A DNA stretch of 64,000 bases. Source: Candidatus Babeliales bacterium. Its GTDB lineage: Bacteria > Babelota > Babeliae > Babelales > JACPOV01. Location: NCBI GenBank assembly GCA_050250855.1, contig JBFWNW010000001.1, positions 160,001 to 224,000 on the forward strand, in the 5' to 3' direction. Below are positions 29,239 through 39,146 of the stretch, in pieces (the first letter of the stretch is position 1; each line of letters begins with the position of its first letter). The notes under the pieces were generated by a model. The model searched no databases, was not told the origin of the DNA, and saw only the letters and a list, made by a program, of their open reading frames with translations. Position numbers and translations under genes: made by a program.

Positions 29239-30315
29239 TTATTTAAGTTTAATATCCATAATAATGGGCAGGTGGTCACTTGCATTGCTATAGTATACAT
29301 AACTTCCTGCCAGAGGTAAATGCCACGTTGGTGCGAGCATAATAAAATCTATAGATGTTCCTGACCATGTGGTAAAATGTGGCCCATGCCAACCAAGTTG
29401 AGAAAATGAATCGGTATACTTTTTATTATGAAGTTCATCAAGAACGAGCGTTGGTGTTGTCCGATTGAGCGCAGCTTTATTTTCTTGTATTACAAGATCC
29501 CAGCCACTTTGTTTGTTAATGGTATAATCATAATCTTGCTTGCGTACAGCATTAAAATCTGCGGCAATCAATACATTCTTTGTACAGAAAGGAAATGCTA
29601 AAATTTCCTTGATCTGTGCAAGGCGATACTCTTCAGTTGGATCTGAAACTTCTAAATGAGTGCCAATAATCTCTAACGGTTGTTCTAGTTGCGGAATCAT
29701 CAATTGCGTATAAATATAGCAACGCTCTTCACCACGTTCTTTGAGTTGGCTTTCGAATGAAACAGATTTTGATTTTTGTGGTTTTATTTTAGAAATAATA
29801 ACATTACCAAACCAATCACCAGCTTTAAATGCTTGGTTTTTATATGTTTTACAGCCAAGTATGGTTTGATAGCCAAGTTTTTTTAATTTTTTTTGCAGGG
29901 CTGTTGTATTATGTTCAAAAGCATTACTATCCTCTACATAAAGTTCTTGCAGTACGGCAACATCTGGATTTATCTTTTCTATACTGTGTAAGATGGTATG
30001 TTCACTAGGTTTATTGTTAGAATCTTTTAAGAAATGTACATTGTAGGACAGGATTCTAAAAATATCATTTTTCTTTTTTGGAATTTTATTATTTTCATTA
30101 AGAGCAGCCTGAATAGTTTTTTCAAAAAGATCTAGTTTTTCTTGGCGATTGATAGCAGTAGGTTTTTCTTGATGCGCGATTTTGTGCCATAGTTGGTGGA
30201 TGGGCATTGTTTGGTGCTGTTTTGGTGTTGCTACTTTATTTGCGTTAAGAAAAAGAGTGGTTATAACTCCTATAGTTAGTACAGAAGCCAAAATAGTTTT
30301 TTTGTAGTGTATCAT
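29239..30315 (-). CDS. Endonuclease/exonuclease/phosphatase (EEP) family protein, exported or membrane-anchored
   Basis: LSYNVH, LQE, GN, THL, ADFN, IDFI, SDHLP motifs; N-terminal hydrophobic segment. Confidence 0.88.
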   Translation of the reverse strand: MIHYKKTILASVLTIGVITTLFLNANKVATPKQHQTMPIHQLWHKIAHQEKPTAINRQEKLDLFEKTIQAALNENNKIPKKKNDIFRILSYNVHFLKDSNNKPSEHTILHSIEKINPDVAVLQELYVEDSNAFEHNTTALQKKLKKLGYQTILGCKTYKNQAFKAGDWFGNVIISKIKPQKSKSVSFESQLKERGEERCYIYTQLMIPQLEQPLEIIGTHLEVSDPTEEYRLAQIKEILAFPFCTKNVLIAADFNAVRKQDYDYTINKQSGWDLVIQENKAALNRTTPTLVLDELHNKKYTDSFSQLGWHGPHFTTWSGTSIDFIMLAPTWHLPLAGSYVYYSNASDHLPIIMDIKLK

Positions 30316-31500
30316 CTATTTTTCCCAACAGCTTGCCATACGTAAAAAGCAAAACTGTTCTATCTCTCTGCTTAGAGAGCCATCAGCTTTTTTGGTATAA
30401 AGAGGTTCTTTGGCGTATGAAAGATTTAGTATATCTTCATAGGTTGTTGCATTTAGAAAAAGCTTTTCAAGTGGTAGCTCAACAATTTTGCCATAACCAA
30501 ATTGATAGCCAATAGCGGCAATAATACGGTTATGCTCAAGGCAACTCACTACAAGTAATCCTCCAGGCACAAAAAGTAGATCTCCTTGCAAAAGAGAATC
30601 TGTTGGTTGTAGCGGTTTAAGATTTTTTGCTGCGGTAATAGTATTTTTAAAATAGTAAGGAATGCCGCAAATTTGAGCAGCCCGCAATATTAATCCAGAA
30701 GCATCAAAGCCTGTAAAAGGTGCTGCGCGAAAAGATGGTTGCCAATATTCTATAAGCTGGCCATCAGCAGAAATACTTTCTTCTTTTGTATACGTATGAG
30801 GATAATATTTTTCTGTAAAAGAAGTACCGCCCCAGACAAGAGGGATGGAGCCGAGATCTTCAGAAGCCCACATGCGTAGCAAAGTAACAAAATCATCTAT
30901 TTTTTGATTATTGCCTTTTTGACTAGGTTCTGTGCAGAGGTAGAGAGGGACTTTAGCTGATGTTGTAGCTTTTACTTGGGGATTATAAAAAACAATAGAA
31001 TAATAATGATTATTTTTTTTTGTCATAATAAAACGGGTTCCAGCAGAAAACAGTGTATTCGTCTCTTCATGATAATAAGGGAGTTTGAGAGTGATAGTAT
31101 TTTCATAGCGTGTATCAGGATTTTGGTAAGAAAGAGGCTGAGGAATTACTCTTTTTTCTGATTCGTGAAGCTTAGAAAAATAGGTAAGATTCTTTTTTAA
31201 GGTCCATACGGTATTTTTTTTCTCTTGCCCTGATTGCATAAAAAAGTGTGGCGCAGCAACAAGAGCTTCATACTCACGCTCTTCAAGCACTGTTACCACT
31301 TCATTAAAAAGAAGTTGGTGAATACGAGGGCAGTTTTCAATACTATTTTTTTGCCCGGCCCATGATATGGGTAATTCATGGTAAGGTCTACCAAGCGGTT
31401 CTCCTGTACAATCAACAACCGGAGCGGTAACAACAGCATATTCGCCATACATAAAGATGCCATGAAGCAAGAGTATTGTTAAGATAGAGATTTTTTTCAT
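30316..31500 (-). CDS. NlpC/P60-like secreted protein, catalytic residues apparently lost
   Basis: PLVWGG...GFDASGL...GDLLFVPGG versus canonical PYxWGG...GFDCSG...GDL...GH. Confidence 0.72.
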   Translation of the reverse strand: MKKISILTILLLHGIFMYGEYAVVTAPVVDCTGEPLGRPYHELPISWAGQKNSIENCPRIHQLLFNEVVTVLEEREYEALVAAPHFFMQSGQEKKNTVWTLKKNLTYFSKLHESEKRVIPQPLSYQNPDTRYENTITLKLPYYHEETNTLFSAGTRFIMTKKNNHYYSIVFYNPQVKATTSAKVPLYLCTEPSQKGNNQKIDDFVTLLRMWASEDLGSIPLVWGGTSFTEKYYPHTYTKEESISADGQLIEYWQPSFRAAPFTGFDASGLILRAAQICGIPYYFKNTITAAKNLKPLQPTDSLLQGDLLFVPGGLLVVSCLEHNRIIAAIGYQFGYGKIVELPLEKLFLNATTYEDILNLSYAKEPLYTKKADGSLSREIEQFCFLRMASCWEK

Positions 31501-31507
31501 TAACTCA

Positions 31508-32170
31508 TTAACCTTTCATGCTTTGATCAGTGATAAATTTCTTCATAAAGCGGTCTGGTTGAATAATGCCGCCAGAAATAATTAAAGACATTGCCTCTTG
31601 GCGCGTCATATTAACAACTTGATAATCTCCCTCTGAAACTAAAATGAGATATCCCGTTGTAGGGTTCGGTGTAGTAGGGATAAAAATATTATAAAACTTT
31701 TTATGTTGAGCGGGGGATACTTCCTGTGGTACTTCTGATGTCAAAAATCCGATACTAAAAACACCTTGGCGTGGAAATTCTACCAAAACAACTTGTTTGA
31801 AGGTTAATTTTTCAGGCACAGTAAATGCTTGTACTAATTGTTTGATGCCAGAATAAACAGGATTCATAAGAGGAATTCTAAAAAATACTCTTTCTAGTGC
31901 ATGTAAGAATGATCGCAAAAAGAATGTTCTAAAGATTGCGCCAATGATAAGGATAAAAAGCAGTACAAGAAAAATCTCAGAATGAGGAATGCGCTGTAAT
32001 GATGCAGGCTCCCAAGAATATACTGGCGCAAGCCAGCTTTTGAGTAATCTGAAAAAGAATGCAAAAAGCGCAACAGTAAGTGTTACTGGTAAAATGACCA
32101 AAAGTCCTTCAAGGAAGGTAACTTTAAGGTAGTCAAATAATCTTGCTAGAGCTGTTTTTTTTTTATTCAT
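31508..32170 (-). CDS. DUF502 family membrane protein
   Basis: GLLVILP..LT, RIPL...YSGIKQ, VVLVEFPR, FIPTTPNPTTGY, IISGG. Confidence 0.92.
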   Translation of the reverse strand: MNKKKTALARLFDYLKVTFLEGLLVILPVTLTVALFAFFFRLLKSWLAPVYSWEPASLQRIPHSEIFLVLLFILIIGAIFRTFFLRSFLHALERVFFRIPLMNPVYSGIKQLVQAFTVPEKLTFKQVVLVEFPRQGVFSIGFLTSEVPQEVSPAQHKKFYNIFIPTTPNPTTGYLILVSEGDYQVVNMTRQEAMSLIISGGIIQPDRFMKKFITDQSMKG

Positions 32171-32191
32171 AATTCCCCCTAAAAAAAGAAA

Positions 32192-33511
32192 CTAATTTAA
32201 TTGTTCTTGTAGCTGTTTTGATAACGAAGAGCATATGTATTGTGCATTATCGCAATCGTTATCTTCGACCATTATACGCAATACTGGTTCAGTGCCAGAA
32301 TAGCGTATAACCAGCCTGCCTTGGCCAAGTAATTCTTCACTCTTTGTTATTATCTCAAAAAAAGGAGGTTTATTTAAATCTTTTTTATATAATATAGGAA
32401 TTGTTGTATGAATTTGAGGGAACTTGGTGAATGTTTCCATGTCCCAGTTATCCTGCAAAAGTATTGTTTGCATGATTCTTAATGCGGTAAAAATACCATC
32501 ACCCGTATGCAAATAATCATGCATAATAATATGCCCAGAATCTTCTCCTCCCAAAAGAAGCTTGTTTTTTACCATTTCTTGAGCAACGTATTTGTCGCCA
32601 ACCTGTGTGCGTATAAGCGATTTTCCTTTATTATTCAAGTAGACTTCAAATCCTTTGTTGGTCATAACAGTGCCAACTACCGCTTGCATAGTTTGATACA
32701 GAGGGTGAGAAAGTAAGAGAGCGAGTATATCATCACCAGTCTTTAGTTGCCCTAAGCGATTAACAGCAATAACGCGATCCCCATCGCCATCAAAAGCAAA
32801 TCCTATATCAGCCTGGTGTTCAATAACTTTTGTTTTTAATACTTCTGGATGAAGCGTACCGCATTGTTTATTGATATTTAATCCGTTTGGTTGGTCAAAG
32901 AGCGGGATTACCTCTGCTCCATACAAAGAAAAAATATGTGGTGCAAGTTCATAAGCTGCGCCTTGAGCACAGTCAAGAACAACTTTTTTACCGCGTAAGA
33001 AGTTTTTTTCAAAATAGCGATCGATAAGCGTACAGTATTCTGTCTTAAAATCGTGATGATACTCTTTTCCTAGAGATTGATAATCGCTTTTTGTTTCTTG
33101 ATTATGAAAAAGTTCAGAAATAATCTGTTCATCTTCATGTGATAACTTGCCACGAAAACGGTCAATAATTTTAATGCCGTTATCTTGATAGGGATTGTGT
33201 GATGCTGAAATAATGATGCCGATATCAAAATCCTGACTTGCATGTAAAAGAGCTGCAACGGATGGCGAAGGCAAAACCTGTGCATCGCACAATTCAAGAG
33301 GATACAGCAGGAGTCCACTTTTAAAAGCAGACTTTAATAATGAGCATGAAAGGCGTGTATCATGTGCAAGCAAAAGAGAAGGATTGTTTCTATATGTTTT
33401 TTGTGCCCATACAGCAACTGCTTGCCCTAATTTGACAAGCTGTGGAATGGTAAAAGGATCTTTGCCAAATTGACCACGGATGCCATCAGTGCCAAATAAA
33501 TTGATACTCAT
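32192..33511 (-). CDS. glmM: Phosphoglucosamine mutase
   Basis: FGTDGIRG, SASHNP, DGDGDR, GGEDSGH, RYSGTEP. Confidence 0.95.
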   Translation of the reverse strand: MSINLFGTDGIRGQFGKDPFTIPQLVKLGQAVAVWAQKTYRNNPSLLLAHDTRLSCSLLKSAFKSGLLLYPLELCDAQVLPSPSVAALLHASQDFDIGIIISASHNPYQDNGIKIIDRFRGKLSHEDEQIISELFHNQETKSDYQSLGKEYHHDFKTEYCTLIDRYFEKNFLRGKKVVLDCAQGAAYELAPHIFSLYGAEVIPLFDQPNGLNINKQCGTLHPEVLKTKVIEHQADIGFAFDGDGDRVIAVNRLGQLKTGDDILALLLSHPLYQTMQAVVGTVMTNKGFEVYLNNKGKSLIRTQVGDKYVAQEMVKNKLLLGGEDSGHIIMHDYLHTGDGIFTALRIMQTILLQDNWDMETFTKFPQIHTTIPILYKKDLNKPPFFEIITKSEELLGQGRLVIRYSGTEPVLRIMVEDNDCDNAQYICSSLSKQLQEQLN

Positions 33512-33521
33512 TAAGGATTCC

Positions 33522-33896
33522 TTATTGTATCGTTATAGAAGCAATACGAGGATTACAGTCTATCATGCTCAACGATGAAGGCAATAATAAATCATGACCA
33601 GAAAATATGACACTATGATTTCCTGCGCTCAGGTGAGTTGTATCTTTATGCACGGCAAGTTCATGCGTCAGCAAAGCAAAAGCAGAACGCTTGCCAGAAA
33701 TTCTTACGGTAATTTTTTCAGGACCTGTTATCTGTGTTTGATCATTTGCTTTATGGTATATAACCGGAATTTCTTGTGTTATTGAAAGTTCATATAGTTG
33801 TCCAAGAACAGTCCATAGTGCAAATGCGCTCATAAGTGAGCAAAGTTTAATGTTGATGTTGGTCCAAAAAAGATTTTTGAGCAAGGGGATTTGCAT
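33522..33896 (-). CDS. CdaR/YbbR-like protein (single short domain)
   Basis: N.NIKLCSLMSAFALW TM anchor typical of CdaR, P..ITVRISG; position between the cdaA-like gene and glmM. Confidence 0.7.
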   Translation of the reverse strand: MQIPLLKNLFWTNINIKLCSLMSAFALWTVLGQLYELSITQEIPVIYHKANDQTQITGPEKITVRISGKRSAFALLTHELAVHKDTTHLSAGNHSVIFSGHDLLLPSSLSMIDCNPRIASITIQ

Positions 33897-34716
33897 GATT
33901 TTTTTCTCCTTGTTTTGTAGAATCGGGGGAATAGTTTATATAGTGTTTAATAACACGTAATGCTTGTGCTGCTGCAACGTGTTCTACTATTTTTCCTTGT
34001 GCTACAATATCAAAAGTAGCAGTTTCCGCATTGCAGCGTAGAAACAGGGCATCAGATTTTGCGGTAATAATAGAAGCCTGGCCTAGATATTTTTCTGCCT
34101 TTTGAATTTCAGGCTCTTGCCATAATTCATCAATAGCTTTTTTCCACCAGCTATTTACCGCAATAACAGTACCCTTATTATCAAGCCATATTATTTTTTC
34201 ATGATCATAAGAGGAGCTTTCAATGAGAAGCTTGAGAATATCTGGTTGAAAAGTTGTATTGAGTATAAAAGGAGCTTCAAGAATATGATGCAGCGCCTGT
34301 TCTTGTTCAATAATACAAAGTACTGTTTTTTTGCTATGAGCAGTGCGCACAAGCATGCGTACCAAATGCTCAAGCCAATCGTGATGAATAGAAGCTTTTG
34401 CAGGAATTATTTTTTTTAGAGCAACGAAATTGCGTTGCAAAAGCTCTTGGTGAATCAGAATAATAAGCGTAAAAATGACCGGACTAAAAAAAAGTAGGAA
34501 TGAGCTTATCGTTAAAAAGTTAAAATGATAGCAGCCAAAAAAGATGAGGCAGTAACTATAAAAATAGGTAAGAAGCGGTTTAGTTTTATCTGCATGTAGC
34601 CATAAAGAAAAATAGTAGATAATGCCGGCAAGAATTATAATTTCTACTGGATCTTGCCAAGAAATAAATCCCAAATGTTGTGCTGTTATTATGAAATATG
34701 ATGAAATAGATGTCAT
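33847..34716 (-). CDS. CdaA/DacA-like membrane protein with degenerate DAC domain
   Basis: 3 N-terminal TMs (DPVEIIIL...IILIHQELL), VLCIIEQ, LLKLLI-like helix, SDALFL...ET; lacks DGA and RHR; synteny with cdaR-glmM. Confidence 0.75.
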   Translation of the reverse strand: MTSISSYFIITAQHLGFISWQDPVEIIILAGIIYYFSLWLHADKTKPLLTYFYSYCLIFFGCYHFNFLTISSFLLFFSPVIFTLIILIHQELLQRNFVALKKIIPAKASIHHDWLEHLVRMLVRTAHSKKTVLCIIEQEQALHHILEAPFILNTTFQPDILKLLIESSSYDHEKIIWLDNKGTVIAVNSWWKKAIDELWQEPEIQKAEKYLGQASIITAKSDALFLRCNAETATFDIVAQGKIVEHVAAAQALRVIKHYINYSPDSTKQGEKNHANPLAQKSFLDQHQH

Positions 34717-34785
34717 AACAAACTCCTTATTTATTTGAAGCATAAAATAAATTTTTGTTTTGTAAAAGAAGGTGATAGGAAAAGC

Positions 34786-35130
34786 ATGAAAACTAAGATA
34801 GTATTAATACTTTTTTTTATGGTGCTGTGCCAGGCTCAGGAGCCAAAAGAGCATAAACAAAGAAAACTAAAGATCGCAAATCAAACATCTATAATTGTTG
34901 GTTTAGAATTTGAAGCTCTTTCAGAAGACAAGGAGATTATTTACCATAGGGAAGTTCTTATGCAAAATAATACTTTTGAAAAAAATATTATTGTTAATCC
35001 AAAAGATAATAAAGCATGGATTATTCTTAGTTACTATGAAAAGAATGAATCTAAACCCTTTAAAATTGAAAAAAGATTTATAGTGCCTAATGAATCTTTA
35101 ACAATAATGCAAGAGCTAAATGTAGAATGA
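34786..35130 (+). CDS. Hypothetical secreted protein
   Basis: ATG with AGGA upstream, signal peptide MKTKIVLILFFMVLCQA. Confidence 0.6.
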   Translation: MKTKIVLILFFMVLCQAQEPKEHKQRKLKIANQTSIIVGLEFEALSEDKEIIYHREVLMQNNTFEKNIIVNPKDNKAWIILSYYEKNESKPFKIEKRFIVPNESLTIMQELNVE

Positions 35131-35186
35131 ATACATACATAATTCTTTCTTTAATTTTATTTTTCTAATTTATGGGTAAACTTTAA

Positions 35187-36239
<1,053 letters not shown>

Positions 36240-36249
36240 AAAAAGGATA

Positions 36250-36828
36250 ATGATGTATAAAAAAATGTCCTATGTAATTGGAGCAGGATTTTTAGTTCTT
36301 ATAGGGTTTGCCTTCTTTAACTATTGGCATCAGGCAAAAATGTATAATGATATGATTATTGCCGATGATGTTGCGCAGCTTGCTAGTATTTTAAATACGA
36401 TTGACAAAGAATGTGGCATTGTTAATTTTGAACATCAAAAAAATAATATAGACTTTTTGAATGTTATTGCTTTTGAAGGTTCAGAAGTTGGCCCTATGAA
36501 TCTGAAATATCCTAAAAAATGGAAGGGTGCTTACTTGAAGGATAATCCCACCATACAAGAAAAATATTATCAGGTTGTACATACTAAAAAAGGATATTTT
36601 GTCGTACCAGGTGACGGCGTAGAGCTTTCAAGCGGAAAAGTTATAGGCAAAGATATTATATTTGATGAATCAGCTGATATTCCTGCTATGATCTCACAAG
36701 GCCTAAGCTTCAAGAGCCACCCTTTAGCTGTTCAAATTATGAATCAGGAAGCACAAAAAAAAACAAAAACCGACAATATGTTCAAAGAAGCTATAGCTCG
36801 CGAACGCATGCGGCAAGTTGAAGGTTAA
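36250..36828 (+). CDS. Hypothetical single-TM protein, weakly pseudopilin-like
   Basis: N-terminal TM, amphipathic helix (DDVAQLASIL), KWKGAYL. Confidence 0.6.
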   Translation: MMYKKMSYVIGAGFLVLIGFAFFNYWHQAKMYNDMIIADDVAQLASILNTIDKECGIVNFEHQKNNIDFLNVIAFEGSEVGPMNLKYPKKWKGAYLKDNPTIQEKYYQVVHTKKGYFVVPGDGVELSSGKVIGKDIIFDESADIPAMISQGLSFKSHPLAVQIMNQEAQKKTKTDNMFKEAIARERMRQVEG

Positions 36829-39053
36829 AGACTTTCTAAAAATGACGATTGTACCTTTTTAGTGCCAGATTTGAATTCTGCGGTAATAAAGTAACTATTT
36901 CCTTTTTGTTCAATTGCTTTAATAATACCAATGCCAAAAGATTTATGCTTGACCGGTTGGTGCTTTTTAAAGCCAGAAGAAGATGATGAAGATTCATTTT
37001 TTTTAACAGTACTATTTTTGCTCTGTGCACTGTGATTGACTGCAGAGCCAAAAGTAATTACCGAAGGGGAAGTTTTTATGCCCAACCATTCGGCAAAAAA
37101 ATCCATACATTGTGCTTGCTGAAAGTAAGAAATATCAAAACTGGGCGTTATAGCTTCTGGAATTTCACGCAAAAAGCGTGATGGCAGTTGATCCGTCATT
37201 GAGCCAAAGGTATAGCGATGACGTGCCGTTGTTAGTAGTAAACGTTCGCGAGCGCGCGTTATGCCAACATAAAAAAGACGACGCTCTTCTTCAAGAGCTT
37301 CCGGTTGTTGGATAGAGCGTGAGCTGGGAAAGAGTGTTTCTTCCATGCCAGCAAGAACTACGGTGTCAAATTCCAAACCTTTTGCTGCATGCAGGGTCAT
37401 TAATTTTACGGTATTTTTTTCTTCTTCATGCTGCAATGCTTTTTCTTGCATAAGAGCAACTTCATCTAAAAATGCTTTAATAGTAGTAAGACCATTTTGT
37501 TCAAAAAATGCTGTTGCACGAATAAGCTCTTTAACGTTTTCAATTTTTGCTTCAGCTTCTTGTGCTTCAAAAGAATCTTTAAGATAGCTAAAATAGGCAA
37601 TTTTATTCAGAAGTTCTTCTATAGTTTTTTTCGGTGAATCTGAAAGCGTATAGGGAATGAAAAGATTTTTAAATGATTCTAAAGCTTTTTGTTTTATGCC
37701 AGTAACGTGGCCTGCTTTAATAAGGGAATCAATGCAATCTGCAAAGGTCATAAATGGTTGAGCATCCCACGTTTCATAAAAAAGTTCTTGCAACTTATCA
37801 CCAAGGCCGCGTGCAGGACAATTAATAACCCTAAAAAAAGAAACGCGGTCAAAAGGGTTAGCAATTAAACGTAAATACGCCAAAACGTCTTTAATTTCTT
37901 TACGTTCATAAAACTGAATGCCACCAATAATTTTATACGGCATTGAATTGCGTAATAATGCTTCTTCTATAGCGCGTGATTGATAATGTGCGCGATACAA
38001 AACAGCCATAGAATCAACGTTACTTTTTTTGCTCAGCTGTTTTGCAAGCAGTGCAATAATTTCACCTTCTTGATAGCCAGACATTAAACGAACTATGCGA
38101 ACGCGATCGGTAGCTTTTTTTGTGGACCATAACTTTTTAGGATTACGATTTTTATTATGCTCAATAACATGATTTGCTAGACTTAAAATTGGTTGCACAG
38201 AGCGATAATTTTGTTCAATTTTTATGAGCTGCGTATCGGTAAAATCTTTTTGGAAATGCAGAATGTTGGCAACCGTAGCGCCACGCCATGAATAAATTGA
38301 TTGATCTTCATCGCCCACCGCACACACAGAATCTATGACCATCTTTTTTTTATCAAGCGCCATCTGTTTGAGCAATGCATGCTGTACTACGTTAGTATCT
38401 TGATATTCATCTACTAAAATGTGCCGTACCGTTTGCTGGAACTGTTCTTTGAACTCTTTATTTTTTTCAAACAATTTAAGCACTTCAAGAAGTAAATCGT
38501 CAAAATCTAAACATTTACTTGCTTGTTTTTCACGTTCATAGGCTTGATACAACTGCTGAAAAAAAATATCAGTTGTTTGCAGCTGGTCAGTGCTCATGGC
38601 ATTTTTTAGTGTGCTAATTTGATACGCAAGATTTTTTGCCGTAATTCGTTTTTCTACTCCTGCGCGTTTGATAATTCCTGTTAATAACTGCAGCTGATCA
38701 TCAGCATCCAAAATAGAAAAGGTAGTATAGGGCGTAAGATGTTGATGTATTTTTAAAAGCTGTAAGCAATAGGAATGAAAGGTGCCAATAAAAGGTTTTG
38801 CTCCTTGCACAAATGCATGGATACGCTCTTTCATCTCCCCAGCAGCTTTGTTGGTGAACGTTAACGCTACAATGCTGCTCGGCGCAACCTGCTCATTGAG
38901 CAAAAGGTTAACAATACGTGCGGTAATAACACGCGTTTTGCCAGAGCCTGCGCCAGCAATAACAAGCAACGGACCTTGCGTATGCAGGACTGCTTTTTGT
39001 TGAGGCTCATTTAGTTCGTTGGTAAAAAAATTATTAAAATCATGTGTATTCAT
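36825..39053 (-). CDS. uvrD: UvrD/PcrA superfamily 1 helicase
   Basis: AGAGSGKT, VDEYQDTN, VGDEDQSIY, QNYRS, TLHAAKGLEF, EEERRLFYVGITRA. Confidence 0.96.
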   Translation of the reverse strand: MNTHDFNNFFTNELNEPQQKAVLHTQGPLLVIAGAGSGKTRVITARIVNLLLNEQVAPSSIVALTFTNKAAGEMKERIHAFVQGAKPFIGTFHSYCLQLLKIHQHLTPYTTFSILDADDQLQLLTGIIKRAGVEKRITAKNLAYQISTLKNAMSTDQLQTTDIFFQQLYQAYEREKQASKCLDFDDLLLEVLKLFEKNKEFKEQFQQTVRHILVDEYQDTNVVQHALLKQMALDKKKMVIDSVCAVGDEDQSIYSWRGATVANILHFQKDFTDTQLIKIEQNYRSVQPILSLANHVIEHNKNRNPKKLWSTKKATDRVRIVRLMSGYQEGEIIALLAKQLSKKSNVDSMAVLYRAHYQSRAIEEALLRNSMPYKIIGGIQFYERKEIKDVLAYLRLIANPFDRVSFFRVINCPARGLGDKLQELFYETWDAQPFMTFADCIDSLIKAGHVTGIKQKALESFKNLFIPYTLSDSPKKTIEELLNKIAYFSYLKDSFEAQEAEAKIENVKELIRATAFFEQNGLTTIKAFLDEVALMQEKALQHEEEKNTVKLMTLHAAKGLEFDTVVLAGMEETLFPSSRSIQQPEALEEERRLFYVGITRARERLLLTTARHRYTFGSMTDQLPSRFLREIPEAITPSFDISYFQQAQCMDFFAEWLGIKTSPSVITFGSAVNHSAQSKNSTVKKNESSSSSSGFKKHQPVKHKSFGIGIIKAIEQKGNSYFITAEFKSGTKKVQSSFLESL

Positions 39054-39092
39054 AGAGATTCAGTATAAAGATCTTTGCTGCATTTGTGAAAC

Positions 39093-39126
39093 AAAAAAAA
39101 GAGCCGCATTTTGTGCGGCCCTTTTT
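39093..39126. terminator. Intrinsic terminator (likely for the minus-strand gene 39147..40406)
   Basis: A8-GAGCCGCA-TTTTG-TGCGGCC-CTTTTT. Confidence 0.75.
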
Positions 39127-39146
39127 GTAAGTTTGTAAAGTAATAA

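Noticed and set aside
27924..31500. Anti-phage defence island or prophage interpretation of the accessory genes
   Set aside because: No integrase, structural, nuclease-NTPase or toxin-antitoxin signatures; most of the proteins have signal peptides
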